Made by a program: the position numbers and the translations under genes. Source: Peribolospora baueri (taxonomy: Eukaryota). Taken from it: a stretch of DNA of 64,000 nt. Position 1 is the stretch's first letter, and every line of letters starts with the position of its first letter. Shown here piece after piece: positions 12,949 to 25,679 of the stretch. The stretch spans positions 62,001 to 126,000 of the forward strand of contig JAMDHS010000057.1 in NCBI GenBank assembly GCA_029717555.1, given 5' to 3'. Below the pieces are notes generated by a model. The model was not told where the DNA came from. It did not search any database and was given only the letters and a program-made list of their open reading frames with translations.

Positions 12949-14811
12949 TTTAGAGGTGCTCGCTATCGGATGGAGACAGGCATTGAAGGGAGCGAGAAGG
13001 CGAAGTGAAGAAATGAGGTGGCGGCGATGCGATGGTGGACGTGATCGTCGTTCGTTCGTCGCTGCTCCCCGCCTGATCAACCAACCGAACCGGCTTTTAA
13101 CCGGCTCGTCGGGGCCGATCGAGACACGCACGATTCGTATAACGCTTATCTAATCAATCCTGCGACGCGACTTGACTGGTGTTCTCCACGTGGAGCTCCG
13201 CGCTCGTTATCTATCTCCCACCACCATATCAGTGCAGAGACACCATCGCGCCCGACTCGACATCCACCCGCCGTGTCCCAGTCCACAACTCGGACTCGGA
13301 CTGAAACGAGCTTTTCTTTTTTGGCCTTTGGGCGTTCTCTGATCGGCACGGACTCTTCTCCCCAGACCCTGAGCTCGCCCGTCTCCCCACCGTCGCATTC
13401 GCGGAGACAGATAGCGTCCTCAACTCGACATTGACGTAAACGGGTATGCTTAGAATGAAAACGTCGGCGTGGGCTTCTCCTTTCGTACCGGCGGCGGACG
13501 TCTTTAAGAGCGACGGCGGCGATCAGGGCGGGGGGGGGGGGGGCTTGCCAGTCGAGCACTCGCTGTCCCCGATCTGGCCAACGCGGGCGATGGCGGATGC
13601 GATCGTGAAAAAAGACGACGCAGGCCGTGGATGAATGTTTTGTGACGAGCAAAACCAAAAAGGCGCTATGCTATGATTTGGGGAGCGAGAAAAGTTTTGT
13701 GCTATTGAACGTCGCTTGCGACTCTCCGGGTTCGTTTGTTTTATGAGAAAGAGGCCTAATCTCTCGTATTTTCCTTGGCCGACCTCCGCTCACGCGTAAA
13801 CTTTTTAAAACGTCCTCCCACGCCGCTTCTACGGCGGCGAGCTGCGGCCCCGACGACGTTAACGTTAAAGAAAAAAAATTGCACCAAGGCCTCACTACTA
13901 CAACTGGGATGACAAGCCGCTGAGTCATTGCCATCGCGCACTTGGAGATGCGGGCGCTGACGAGGGGAAAGCGGCTTCAGAGTCCTCTGAGAGTGGGAAC
14001 AAACGTGCCGTTGATACACTGGAAGCCCATGTCGGTCTCGCCCGGATCGCGATCCATTCCTTCCCTCTTTCCTCCAACTGTACGGCACATTTGGTCAAGG
14101 AATCCTAAGCGATATCAGTGACCTCGTGCCGTGCCGTCCCGTAGCCGCAAACGGTTACAGGAAGATAAAGCGGGAAGAAAGATCGAGGAGGAAACGGGTC
14201 TTCAAAAGGGAGGAAAAATCGGCAGGAAGAAACGGTTTTTTCGTGCCACGTGGCAAACCCATCTCCCCTGCCAGCCTCACATTCCGCCCTCTCCCCGGCA
14301 CTGGGACATTCCACCCTTCGCCCTCCAGACCATGTTGTAAGGTAGCAGAAGAGGGCGAGCGGAACAGGTTCCAGAAGCGACCGATTCCTTTCGCATTCGG
14401 TCGCCACATCGAATGACAGCCGCCGGCGAAATTTGTGAGCGTCACTCAGCTCCATCGCCCCAAATGCTACCGCCGGCCTGGGCATTCGGCATCCTTCCAG
14501 CTCGTGGAGGCTCCCCATCGTCCCTTTCACAGAGCTCACTCGGTTGTCTAATCGTCCAGGCTCGGCCCATTCTGTGTAAGGATAGTGAAATTTCAGCTAG
14601 GCTTGATTAATATCTGTCGACGTTGGGAAAAACGACGGCGAAGAAAGTCGGGAACAGACGCGTTGGCGGTGATTTGATGTCTTGATGGGCGAAAGTGAAA
14701 GAGAGGACAGAGAGAATAGAGAGCGGCAAGAAGAACGACCGCCGACAGTGCGGTTGACTAGAGTTCCTGCTTGGTACCTTCAGACACATATACGCAGCTG
14801 CACCAACGATA

Positions 14812-16138
14812 TTACAACCTCCTCATTTCCTTTCTCAACGCCCCCGCCTCCCTCTCCAGCAACCTTAGCTCCATCCTGCAGCTCAGAACCCCCCGCACGT
14901 CGTGTTCGTGCCGCTCCCGCTCCCGCTCCGCCTCCTTCTCCTCTCCGTTCTGTACATCCTCACCAACCACTCCCTCCACCCGAATCCTGCCCACGAGCTC
15001 TTCCAGCCCTTCCAAAAAGCCTTTCTGAGCAGCCCTAAGCGACGGCGAAGGCAGCGCCGAGAACTGGGCGATCGGGTTCGGCGGACCCCGCCGGGGGTTC
15101 GCTTCAAGTTCGGAATCGCTTTCAGAGGAGAGCTCCGCATCGCTGGAGCGACGTTCGCTTGTGCGAGCGGATGTGCGGTGCGAATCGCTCCCACCAGCGT
15201 TCGAGCGTCGTTCCTTCTCGACGCTTGTCGCCAAGGGTTTCTCCGGCGATCGTCCTGCTGCCGCTTCCGTATCCCCTGAAGTCGACGCCTTGCGTCGTCG
15301 CAGCCCTTCCTTGCCCGTCGCCTCCGCTTCTCGCCCTTTCTCTTCGACGAGCGTGGTCTGCCCAAGCAACTCTTCAAGCTCTTCCGTGTCCGCTTCTGCA
15401 GTATCGGGTAGAAGCAGTCGACCGGACGGGTTCTTGGGGTCTAGACACGTTTTAAGGCAGAACCGGTGGGCGTATTCACCTGCTGACATTGTTGACGGGG
15501 AGAGGCTGACACGCATGGGAGATTGGGGTTGGAAGGGGGAAAGAGATGTCGTAAGGCCGTCGGACAGACAAAAACTTTGCGAGATGCAGAGGAGAGATCG
15601 CAGTTCTTTCGCATTCCCGTCCGGTCCGGTCGCCCACTCACATCCCTACCGCCGTCCTGGCCTTCATCCTCTCGTCGTAGCTATCCTGGCCCACTCTGTG
15701 CGGACCCAGATCCGTCTTCGCGCGGGAAAGATTGAAAAAAGCCTGTCAAAGCAAGATGGAAAAGGTTGAGCAGAGTTGGATACGCGAGTGATCAGGTCGG
15801 TTTGCACCAGTCCGCTCGAGGGCAGCCCGGATTTGATGATGGAGAGCTCCGCACCAAGCCAGTGCCGCCGTGAAAAGGAAACGCCGGGCGGCCGGAGAGA
15901 AACGAGAAGAAGACGGCGAGAGTACATCGGCACTGAGAAGGAGCAAACACGCAGGAACACGCACAGATGAAAGATGCTTCTGCGCTTTCTCCCAAGAAGC
16001 CTGATACCGTTCGAGGGCGTCGAGGTATTGTTCGAGGAGGTCGTCGAGCCCTGTCCGATTTTGGTTTCGAGGGTCGGGATATTTTGTCGCACAGGCGCGA
16101 GGACACGCGTGCAGGGCAGTCGATGGACGAAAATCCAT
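14812..16138 (-). CDS. VMA22: V-ATPase assembly factor Vma22/CCDC115 family
   Basis: Exons give LDDLLEQYLDALERYQ..HLSS / AFFNLSRAKTDLGPHRVGQDSYDERMKA / GLRRRK..PNPIAQFSALPSPSLRAAQKGF. Start codon uncertain. Confidence 0.8.
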
Positions 16139-16394
16139 TTGTCGGTCGAACGAGCCAGTTCCGATTCCAGTGTGGTCGTTATTTTGAATCAAGTTGAGGC
16201 GAAGCATCCGATAGCCATGGTGCGATGAAGAGAGAAAGAAAGTACAAAAAGCAAGTCTAATTGAGCATGCCATTCCATCACATCCAGCAACGTGCATGTC
16301 TAGAGTTGTAAGTGTAGAGATCGGATGAGAGAGGGGCGCCAAGAGCGGAGGAAGAGGAAGGAGAGCAGGAGAAAGACGAAAGAGGAATAAAATT

Positions 16395-17862
16395 CTACAG
16401 ACTGCTCTGGAGCGCTTTCCTCTTGTTATCTTCCTCTCCAATGTTTGCGCCTCTGTCGTCGCTCCTTGCCACCGCCGCACCAGCCCCAGCTCCAGGCGAA
16501 CCCGACGCGTTTAGAACGGGGGTCTGCGCCCCACTGGTTAAAGGGGTGGCGGTTCCGCTCGCAGGGTTGGACTTGGGAAGAGGAGAGGGGACCTCGTCGG
16601 GTCCAGGGTTGGCAGAGGAGGTGAGGAAGAAAGCCATGTAAGAGGCATAGAAGTGGCGCCAAGACGCTCTGTCAGGATGAGAACAGGAAAGATGGGCGAA
16701 GGAGGGGCAAAAAAACAGAAGCGCAAGAAGGGAGATACAGCCAGAAATGAGCCCAGTCAGCCAAAGGTAAAATAAAGTGTCTAAAACGAGATAAGGTAGA
16801 CTCGGACGCACGTGCTAGGGATGAAATGGGACCCCTCGTGGAATTCTACGCGAGGGTTGAGAGAAACTTGCATGAGCGAGTCGCTTCGTTCTGATAACCG
16901 AACAAGATGGAAGAGCAGAAATAAGAAATCAATAAAGGGTAGCACAAATTAGCGGAGATCACCATCTCCCTGGTCGTTCCGCACTTGAGCGGGGACACCT
17001 TCCACATGAGAGAAGTTGGCTCACCAGGGGTGACGATAACGTCATTCCTTCCGATGATTTGCAAGCTCGGCGTCTCCATGTGAGGATCAAAAAGACGAGC
17101 AAGTCTAAGGTCGCGGGTGTAGAACCCTCCTACAGCGATGCAAAACTTGAATCTACCCTGGTTGGAGGGGACTTGGAAACTTGGGTACAGGTGAGGTCGT
17201 TCGAGGAGGCAGGAGAGGACGGCGGCTATGGGAGAGGGTAAGAGGGAGAGGGATGAGGGCTCAGAGTCGTGCGACAAAGAAAGAAAGACAAAAAGAATTA
17301 GATGCGCGACGGAACATACCCAAGCACGCCCCTTGCGAGAAACCAAAGACGCCGTCGAACTGGAAGGGAGACAGCAGCAGGCTCGGACGTGAGTTGGGCT
17401 CTCGGCGGAACGCCAGTGGTCCGTGCGCGGGAGCTCTATAGCGGCTTCCGGCTCTCTCTCCCACTCACCGGCCCCTCCTTCTTCATTATGTCGGATAGGC
17501 TGCTGACCGTCTCCTCCCATCCGATGTAGTTGTAGTCGTCGCGAACCTTCCACCAGGCCCTAGGCTGCTCACTGAGGGGCAAGTCCTCAGGTCTGGTCGA
17601 AGCCTTAGCGTCAGAATCGAAACTGTCCGCGGCGCTGCCGGCAAAGTCAACCTTTTCAACGATGTGTGGTCCGTCGGCGAAGTAAAAGTCGGCCACGTCC
17701 TTGCACGCCTTCTTGATCGCGCCCATCTTCTTGGAGAGGATCACCGAGTTCTGACGGGAGGAGAGGAGAAGAGATGACTACGGCCTGCTTGAATCGGGGC
17801 CCCACACGCGTACGTACCTGGGTGTAGCCATGAAGGCATAGGACACGCATCTTGGCCGCCAT
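16395..17862 (-). CDS. FSH1: FSH1/OVCA2-family serine hydrolase
   Basis: MRVLCLHGYTQN, PRAWW, EGPFDGVFGFSQGA (catalytic Ser), IIGRND (Asp), HEGSHFIP (His). Ends KRKALQSSL*. Confidence 0.92.
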
Positions 17863-17954
17863 CGGTCGCTTCTTGTCCCTCCTTGATATCCTTTTTTTGT
17901 CCAACGTCGATCTTGCCTCGACGACGTCGCCGGCGTTCCTTGAAGGCCGTCATC

Positions 17955-18015
17955 GTCACATGACCCGACAATGGGCCTCCGGCCTCCGGCCTCTCCGCGC
18001 TAAGCATCACGTGAC
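17955..18015. promoter_or_regulatory. Paired RTCACRTG(AC) E-boxes (Cbf1/USF-type bHLH sites) in the FSH1-SPT7 divergent promoter
   Basis: GTCACATGAC at 17955-17964 and ATCACGTGAC at 18006-18015, between divergent start codons. Confidence 0.45.
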
Positions 18016-18448
18016 GAACCTCTCGGCCGCCGGACTCGTTTGGCAATCAGGACGGCGGTTTCCGTTTCTTTGTGCTCTCCACCGACAGTCGGACGACATC
18101 TCGAGCTGCTTTGGGCTCCTTCCTTTTCTTGCCCACATATTGGTTGCCTTCTTCAGCAGCACACGCCCCCACGTCTCCGGTAACCGTGCTCCAAGCAGGC
18201 CCCGTCCGGCTCAAGCCGGTTTCGGCATAGCACCCTCTCCGCGCGCAACCCCCTGCTACGCTTTGATGCAATCGCGAGCCGCTCTTGCTCTTGCGAGAAG
18301 CCCGCTTCCCTTTCTTCACCTCCTCCTGACTGAGAAGAGTGGCTTGCAAGGATGAAGGTGCGTGCCATGGAACTGCTTGTTTTCGATCTTGCCAGCTCTG
18401 GTCATCGCCAACGCTCCTCCCATCCCGCCTTCCGCCGCCCCGTCTCCA

Positions 18449-21400
18449 ATGGCCTCCCCGTCTTCCTCTCCCATCCAGTATTTGCTACAAATGATCGAAG
18501 GCCGCCGGGAGGCCGTGCGGATGAACAACCGGGAGCTTGTCAATTTGATGCAAGATATTCGAGAGGGAAGGGTGAGTCAGGCGAGGCAGCCTGCGAGCGA
18601 TGACGCCGGTTCGCAGTGCCGGCGCTCACGCGGCCGCCGAGATGGCCGCTCGGCTTTTGCACTTTGCTGCGATCGAATTGCCGATCGTACTAAGCGAAGC
18701 ATGGGTCGAGCGAATGCTGATTTTTATGCACTTTGTTCTTTCCGGGCTGTGTACAGGACGAGAAGGAAGACTTCCTGGAGAACCTTGAGCGAGTTATCAC
18801 CGAGCTTAGGAATTACACCGTGAGTTGGTCCGACTCAGATCGAGAATGCGTATGTGCGGTCCGGTTGACGCGTCTTGCGATTTCTCTCCTTTTTGTCTTG
18901 GCAGGAGCATTCAACCGCATTTTTGCAGAGGGTCAGCAAGCGCGAGGCGCCAGACTATTACGATGGTGAGATACCATCAAATGTTCCCCCGATCATTATG
19001 GGCCTTTTGCATCTGGCGAGCCCACACTCAATGCACATATCTCTAACTCTCCATTCCCGGCTGACCTAAAGTCATCCGCCAACCAATGGACCTGGGCACG
19101 ATGCAGAAGAAGATCAAGGCGGCGGCGTACAAGAACAAGGAACAGTTCGCTCGTGACCTCAACTTGATTTGGAGCAACTGCTTGAGGTATAATTCTGACC
19201 TCGTGAGTTCGTCTTTCCGCGCTTGCCTTAATCATTTAAAGGTTCGGGACCAATCTCTCTTATGCGACGATCGACCTCACGTCTCCGCTTTCCCATGTAT
19301 ATCTTCCTTCCCCCCTCACAGGCCCACCCACTCCGCAAGCACGCGGCCGCGATGAAGAAGAAAGCAGATCACCTCCTCGAATTCGTTCCCGATAACCCTT
19401 CCTCGTCCTTCAAAGACGCGCTTGGAGGGTTTTTCTCCAATCTCGACTTGGACGTTGACCTCGGGTATGGGGCTGGGAACGAGGATGGGAACGCGCGTGG
19501 GCAGGCCGGACCTTCTAGTCTGCCTGCGCAAAGGGCGGTGGAGAACGGGAACGTGGATATCATGGATGAGCGAACCGAGACCGTCGGCGACCGTCCGGGA
19601 CGTCCGACGGGGACGGTCGTACCGAAAAAGCGGACCAGGTCTGGAGACGTGGTCAGGGGCGGCGCGAATGGCATTGTTAATGGGATTGAGCCCGGTCGGA
19701 TCGCCGGTGGTGCGGATGAGGGGTGGTGGGACGCTTTACAAACCGAGGAGATGCTCGGTTCTGGCCCTGCTTCCATCTCGGGCTCCAGTGTCGTATCAGG
19801 CCCTGGTTCAGCTTGTTTGCCAGCTTGCCCTCGATGGCCGAGCATGGAGGAGATAGAAGCGGCGATGGCGGAGGAGGCCGAAGTGGCAGAGCGGCGACGG
19901 AAGCGGCTGAAGAGGCCGAAGAGCTCGGCGAGGATCAAGGACAAAGGCAAGGGAAAGGAGGTGGTGCAGAACGGGATGGAGACCGGCAGGCCTGGCTTAC
20001 AAGGCCTAGTGGCGAGGAACATCGCTACGGTCAGGAAGCTGCAGAGGACTAATTCCAGGTTCCTTGGCTTAGCGGCCGCCATGGCCGTGAGTCGTCCTTT
20101 GTCGTTCCTGTCACCTTTTTCTATTGGTGGAAGGGAATATGCGGAGACTTGGGGGCGACAAAATCGTGCCGATCGTTTGACTCTCTTTCCTGTTCACTTT
20201 TGACTTTCTTCCGATGATGCAGCACGATCAACGCCCCTCGGTCGAAGATCTCGCCTCGTCTGAATCCGACGATCCGCCGTCCGCTGCTGAAGAAGACCTC
20301 GCGGGCCCAGCACTGCACGGCCCAGGAAGACCGCCAGACCCGTTCGGACCGGGAGCAAGGCCCCCCCTCCCTCGAGCCCACGCCCGAATATCCGCGAAAC
20401 AAGCATACGATGAGCTGCGACACAAGAACGTTGAACTCTTAGCCCATGCGGGTTTCGAGGGCAGTGGCCAGATCGCCCTCGACGTGTTGACAGAAGTGGG
20501 GGTGGAGTTTCTGAAGAACTTGGGGAGGACGCTCAGATTTTATTCCGACCGGTTTGCCAAGAAGATGAGCCCTGAGGTGGGTGTTTGGCAAGCGAACGAC
20601 GACGGCCGGGCTAAGCGTTGCATACTCATTCCTCCCCTTTGTGTCTTGGCCGATCCACTGACTGTGACAAACCACGTGCCCGCACTCCCAACCTAGGAAA
20701 TCATCCTCCACGTCCTCTACGAGAACGACCAACTCTCCGTTCGCTCTCTAGAGAGCTATATCCGCGACGATGTGGAGCGGTACGGGAACAAGATGGCCGA
20801 GACGTTGCGCAGGCTCAAGGCGAGATTGAAGGAACAGGTGCAGAGGGATCGGGAGGCCATCGCGGACGACATGCTGTTCTCCAAGGACGGGGAGGCGATG
20901 ATTTCGTGTGTACTCTCTCACTTCCCGTCCAGGCTCATCGATCGATGCGGTTCTCTTCTTCTCATTGCCTCCGACTGCCTCCTTCTTTTTTCCCCCACCA
21001 CCATCACAGGGGCCAACTCGGCGCCGAGCTGGGCGAGGACTTTTTTGGATTGGGCGCGCTGGGCCTCGACAAAGAACTGGGCCTTTCGATGCTCAACATC
21101 CCCGCTCGGCTGTGGTCGGGCCATCGGCCAGACGGTGGCGTCCGAGGCGCTGGTCCCAGTGGGCCCGGCGGCGTGCGGGTTGCAGGAGGAGCTCATCAAG
21201 GAAGTGCGGCCGAGGCAAGCGGCGGGACGGGAGAGAGACCGCCGTTGGCATACGAGCCGCCGCGGCCTTACGTGCCGCTTTCGGCGGGCGCGATACAGGT
21301 GCAAATCGGCCTCTTGCGCGCTTATTATCAGGAGCGTCTGCGGCGGAGAGCCAAGGCCGAGGCGGCGGCGGCGGCGCGCAAGGCCGAGCCTGGTAAGGGC

Positions 21401-21718
21401 GAGGACGAACGCGAAACTGGTGCCGGTGCTGGTGCGGCGACGTCGGGAGGAGAAAGTGGAGGAGGCGGAGCGCAAGGGAACGCGATCGACGCTGCGAAGA
21501 GCCAAGAAGGCGCCGGCGCCGAAGGAGGTGCGGCGGCGAGCGATCAGGCGGCCGCGCCAAAAAGGTCTGCGACACCCTTGCCGCCGAGCGCACCGCTCGA
21601 GGTTCCAGAGGACGACGCGGATCGAGCGCCGCTCAAGGCCAAGGTGCCTCCGACGGGCAGACTGCCTCGACGAAAACTGGCCACCGTGCTCGGCTTTCAA
21701 CCAAGCTTCGCTTCGTAG
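18449..21718 (+). CDS. SPT7: SAGA complex subunit Spt7 (bromodomain plus histone-fold)
   Basis: Bromodomain [49 protein letters not shown]. Histone fold [36 protein letters not shown], then [13 protein letters not shown] and [18 protein letters not shown]. Start and end approximate. Confidence 0.9.
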
Positions 21719-22317
21719 GGGTGCGCGTGATGAGGCTCTGGTGGGACCGTCGTCGGAGGTTGGTACAAAAGCTAACATTCATCCTTTGTATGAATATTGG
21801 CGTCGCTTTCTTTTGTACGAACGAACCCTCTCGCGGCGGGTGGTTGCCTCGTGGAGGCTTCGTGGGACACCTGCGTCTGAGGTTAGTTAATCCCTTCCTG
21901 AGCCTGCGGCCGACATGGCCCGGCGGTGTTCCACGTTCGATGTGATATCTTCGTCGATGACGACGAGATCTTGTATTATATGTGGCCAGTTGTCGAACGA
22001 GAGAGCCTTTGCCGCATCGCATGCATACGTATATGGAAGCCGAGTGATCGAGCGCTAAGAACGAGGCGGCCTCGGTCGGATGAATTCAAAATTTACGATC
22101 CCCTGAAAGAGTCGGCGTGATCGTTCTATACGTACAAACAAGGCGATAGTTCCCATCTCCCCGAGGGCAGCTGCCAGAGGCACGATGGCGGCAGGTCTTC
22201 ACCGTAGTAGGACACTTGCTGCCGACGCTCCTTCCTCCGCGCCCGTCTACAACACCACACCGTCCCAACGGCGGGCACTGAACGAGACAAAGACGGACGA
22301 GGCGTGCTCGACCGACC

Positions 22318-22932
22318 TCACCACTGCCCCCTCCTGAGCCTCCTCTCCTCCCTCAACATCGTCTTCCTGGGTCCCCAGCTGGACCTCCTGACCTCCTCCA
22401 ACTTGTCCGCCCTTGCCCGCGCCTCCTTGCCCAGCGGGGCGGCGATGCCGACAAAGAACTGGCTGCAGCCAAACTTGTCCGCCAAGGCGGCTCGAGAGTA
22501 TTTGACGGGGTCTTGGTTGCGGAGGGCGCGCATCTCGGCAATGGCTTCCGCGGACAGCGGAGAATTTTTTGGGACTGTCGACGGGGGTGGTCGAAGTGGT
22601 GGTGCGAGGGGCCCTTGTTGTGCCTCTGCTGAAGCGGAGGCAGGCCAGTCGACGAGGGTGGACGCGGGATCGGCCACGGTGGAGTGAGGGGAAGGGGCAG
22701 AGGGAGGGGGACGGACGATGAAGGTCGAGCCGTCTTCGAGGACATGCTTCGCTGCCGTGGGGTCGTTCTCGAGCGGATCTCGTCGCCGACCGTATGATCG
22801 TCGCTGTTGAGCACGAGAGGAAGCGAGGGCGGCGCCGGCTCGAGGCGCAGAATGGCGGGCGGCGGCCCCGAGGCCGGCGGAGGAGGCCTGGGGCGCTAGA
22901 AGACGGGCGAGGCGCTGCGTTACCGGGGACAT
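22318..22932 (-). CDS. MRPL20: Mitochondrial large ribosomal subunit protein MrpL20 (mL58)
   Basis: Single exon with an Arg/Ala/Ser-rich presequence, TFIVRPPPSAPSP, LSAEAIAEMRALRNQDPVKYSRAALADKFGCSQFFV, and WGPRK..REERRLRRGQW*. Confidence 0.88.
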   Translation of the reverse strand: MSPVTQRLARLLAPQASSAGLGAAARHSAPRAGAALASSRAQQRRSYGRRRDPLENDPTAAKHVLEDGSTFIVRPPPSAPSPHSTVADPASTLVDWPASASAEAQQGPLAPPLRPPPSTVPKNSPLSAEAIAEMRALRNQDPVKYSRAALADKFGCSQFFVGIAAPLGKEARARADKLEEVRRSSWGPRKTMLREERRLRRGQW

Positions 22933-23244
22933 GAGCACCAGTGGACGAACGTTCGACTTGCTGGTTGCAGCCGGTTGATCGATGGGACGAGGTCAAGAAG
23001 AATGAATGCATGCGGGATGTGAGGATACTAGGAAAGCCGGGCGAATCACGTGCGCCATCCAACAACCCTACTCTGCTGTCGCGGCCGAGATTCACACGCT
23101 GCGGCCACTCCTCTTGGAAGGACGACGAGGGGACTGACGGCGGTCCAGCGGGTCACCATTCCAAGCCCCCGTCGCGACTTGCCTCTTCTCTCCTCCGCCC
23201 TCGTTACCCTTCTCTCTTCCCACCGCCCTCATTCTTCATAAGAC

Positions 23245-24331
23245 ATGGTCATCGACCAAGAAAAGCTCGCCAAGTTGCAGGCGGCCGCTCGCAGCGGTGA
23301 GTGCGGGTGGAAGATCGTCACACGACCGCCTCCACCCCCCGCATGACGGACCGGGCGGCCGAAAGTAGGGATACTGACGCTGACCGACTCCGAATGTGTC
23401 TCTTCTCTTCCCGACTCCCGTTCGCCGCCGCTCTCTTTGTCCGATCATTCTTTTCTGCCCACTTTTCCAGGCGGCAAGGGCACGCCGCGGCGAAAGGTGG
23501 TCAAGAAGCCCAAGGGTGCGCTCGCCGCCCAGGACGACAAGAAGCTCCAGACGGCGCTCAAGAAGCTTGCCGTGCAGCCGATCCCCGGCATTGAGGAGGT
23601 TAACATGTTCAAGGAGGACGGCAATGTGCTCCACTTCGGCGCGCCTAAGGGTGAGCATGGCGTCATGCGTCTGCTGCGTTCAGGCGTGCCTGCCAGCGCT
23701 TTGCACTTGGTCCAGATCACGAGTATGGGCCTCGGGGACAGAGGCTACTGAGAGGCAGCGTTAGGCCACTTCGTGCTACTCGCAATTCAGGAGCAAAAGA
23801 CAAGGTCGACGCTCGCGATGGCTGACACAACATGGATCGTCCTTTTGCCCGAACGCAGTCCACGCCGCCGTCGGCGCGAACACTTTTGCCATCTACGGCC
23901 ACGGCCAAGACAAAGAGCTCACCGAGCTCGTCCCTGGCATCCTCAACCAGCTCGGCCCGGACTCGTTGGCTAGCCTGCGTAAGCTCGCGGAGAGCTACCA
24001 GGCGATGAATGCCGCGCAACAGGCTGCTGCCGCCGCCGGCATTGCCGGAAAGAAGGGCGAGGACGACGACGACGACGCTGTGCCTGACCTTGTAAGTGCT
24101 GAGTCGCGCTGCCTGCTGCCGATTTTTAACGAAATGCTGGAACGAGCTTTCCTTGTGTCCTCTGTCCTTGGTACGGACCGCTGACGAGGTATGGTTTCCT
24201 GCTTCCCTTCATGAATCCCATTCTTGGCTTGCGCACGGAAGGTCGAGGGCTGGGACGAGGAGGGCGAGAAGAAGGAGGGCGAGAAGGAGGAGGAGAAGAA
24301 GGAGACCCCTGAGGCTGACAAGCTGGATTAA
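23245..24331 (+). CDS. EGD1: Nascent polypeptide-associated complex beta subunit (BTF3)
   Basis: Four exons: [81 protein letters not shown]. Confidence 0.97.
23688..23805 (+). ncRNA. Candidate intronic structured RNA (H/ACA snoRNA-like) in EGD1 intron 2
   Basis: Hairpin with lower stem GCGCTTTG/CAGAGGC, an internal pocket and upper stem GGTCCA/TGGGCC. A second small hairpin ends in ACA (23800-23802) plus 3 nt. No canonical ANANNA H box is seen. Confidence 0.35.
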
Positions 24332-25497
24332 AAACGCCATACTTGCGTCGACGAGCGGAATATTGGAGTGCCAGCATCGGGTGAATGTGCGCTCGGCGAG
24401 GGTCGCCTCTCGTCGCTCAATTCCCAATCGATTCGCTGTTCTTTTCTTTCCTGTCGAATTTCTCCGAGGCTCGTCTGCCGTTGTGCGCGTACATACGTCC
24501 CTCTACCCGCGTTCTCTCCCCCTTGTCCGTGTGGGCATCTCACCGCTTCCCGCTCGATCGCTTGTCCTTTTTCCCCCTCTTCTCCCCATCGGCGTTCGCT
24601 GGTCGCTTCCATCCGTCTTCTAACACGTCTTCGCAACGATGGCTCCCCCCCTTCTCCTTGTGCCAACTTCGCACGACTGCCCATCCATCTCCCGTCCCCC
24701 CTCGATTCACCTACCTGACCACCCATGTCAGCTAGATGTACCAAAAGATGCACTCGCTTTATCCCTCCGTCCGCCTTTTCGCCCCCCTTCCCTTCCCGTC
24801 GTCCTCCTCGCTTTCGTCCCGCTATGTCCCTTTTTCCGTCTTCCTTTTTCCTTTCAGGTCGCGCGGTCTACCGGTAGCTTCCTGTCTGTCTGTCCATTTT
24901 CCGTCGCAGGTTGGTCGTTAGCGGACGTGGGTCATGGTCAAGTTAAGGCGAATATTGGGGGGAAGGATTTGGCTCGTCTGAGTTCGTCTGCAACGTTCGA
25001 TCGATGTGAGCGTATCGTGTCGGAAGCCATCGTCGGGGGCCAGTGGGAGCCGGTCGACGAACGACACACTGAGCCGAGTGAGCCGCCTCATGTTATGTTA
25101 TGGCCCGTGCGCGCGCAGACAGTGCGGTGGGCGTCAGTCCATTTGCATCGGACCGGACCGCCAGCAACCGTGCCTGCCATCGTTGGCGACCTCGTCTGAT
25201 TGCTTTTGCTTTTGCCTGGGTCAGCGTTGGGCGGACAAGTAGGTAGGCCTTTGGTTCGCTCGCACACACAGGCTCGCGTTAGGCTGCGTCAGAAGAAGAA
25301 GCGAAAGAAGGAAGGAAATGCGTCCCTGCTTTTTTCTTCTACGCTCCGCACAATCCAATCCGACAGGCCTTCCGACGCTGCCTCCTACTCTCAGCTACAT
25401 ACATGCCCGGGGACGTCGTCGTCACCTTTGTGGACCACTTCTCGTTCGCCGACGTCGTTTCTCTGGACCGTCGCTCATGGCCTGGTCATCATTTCAG

Positions 25498-25679
25498 GTG
25501 GATGCGTGCGGAGGAAACGGCACCCGCTGCCCCCCGTGCTCCCTGAGCGCACCGTCCACGACATGCTCATGGGCTACCTGGTCATCATGGGCGAGGACGA
25601 CCCTGTGGAGAGTCCCGACAGGTTGGAGAGCGACCTCTTGCCGTTCCGCGAGATCGTAGACTTTGTCGACGGCCTTTGA
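25498..25679 (+). CDS. Possible terminal exon of a small hypothetical gene
   Basis: After a TTTCAG acceptor, 60 codons with strong G/C third-position bias (..RHPLPPVLPERTVHDMLMGYLVIMGEDDPVESPDRLESDLLPFREIVDFVDGL*). Upstream exons not resolved and no family recognised. Confidence 0.3.

Noticed and set aside
13150..14800. Possible gene in the 1.6-kb gap between the RING gene and VMA22
   Set aside because: Only short frames without motifs or a coherent splice pattern.
20772..21890. Long overlapping ORFs in SPT7 (also in myosin, GCP4 and the giant ORF)
   Set aside because: Arg-rich off-frame or antisense shadows typical of GC3-biased coding DNA.
21728..21901. GTGATGA..CTGA as a possible C/D box snoRNA downstream of SPT7
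   Set aside because: Boxes are about 150 nt apart, with no terminal stem and no recognisable rRNA antisense element.
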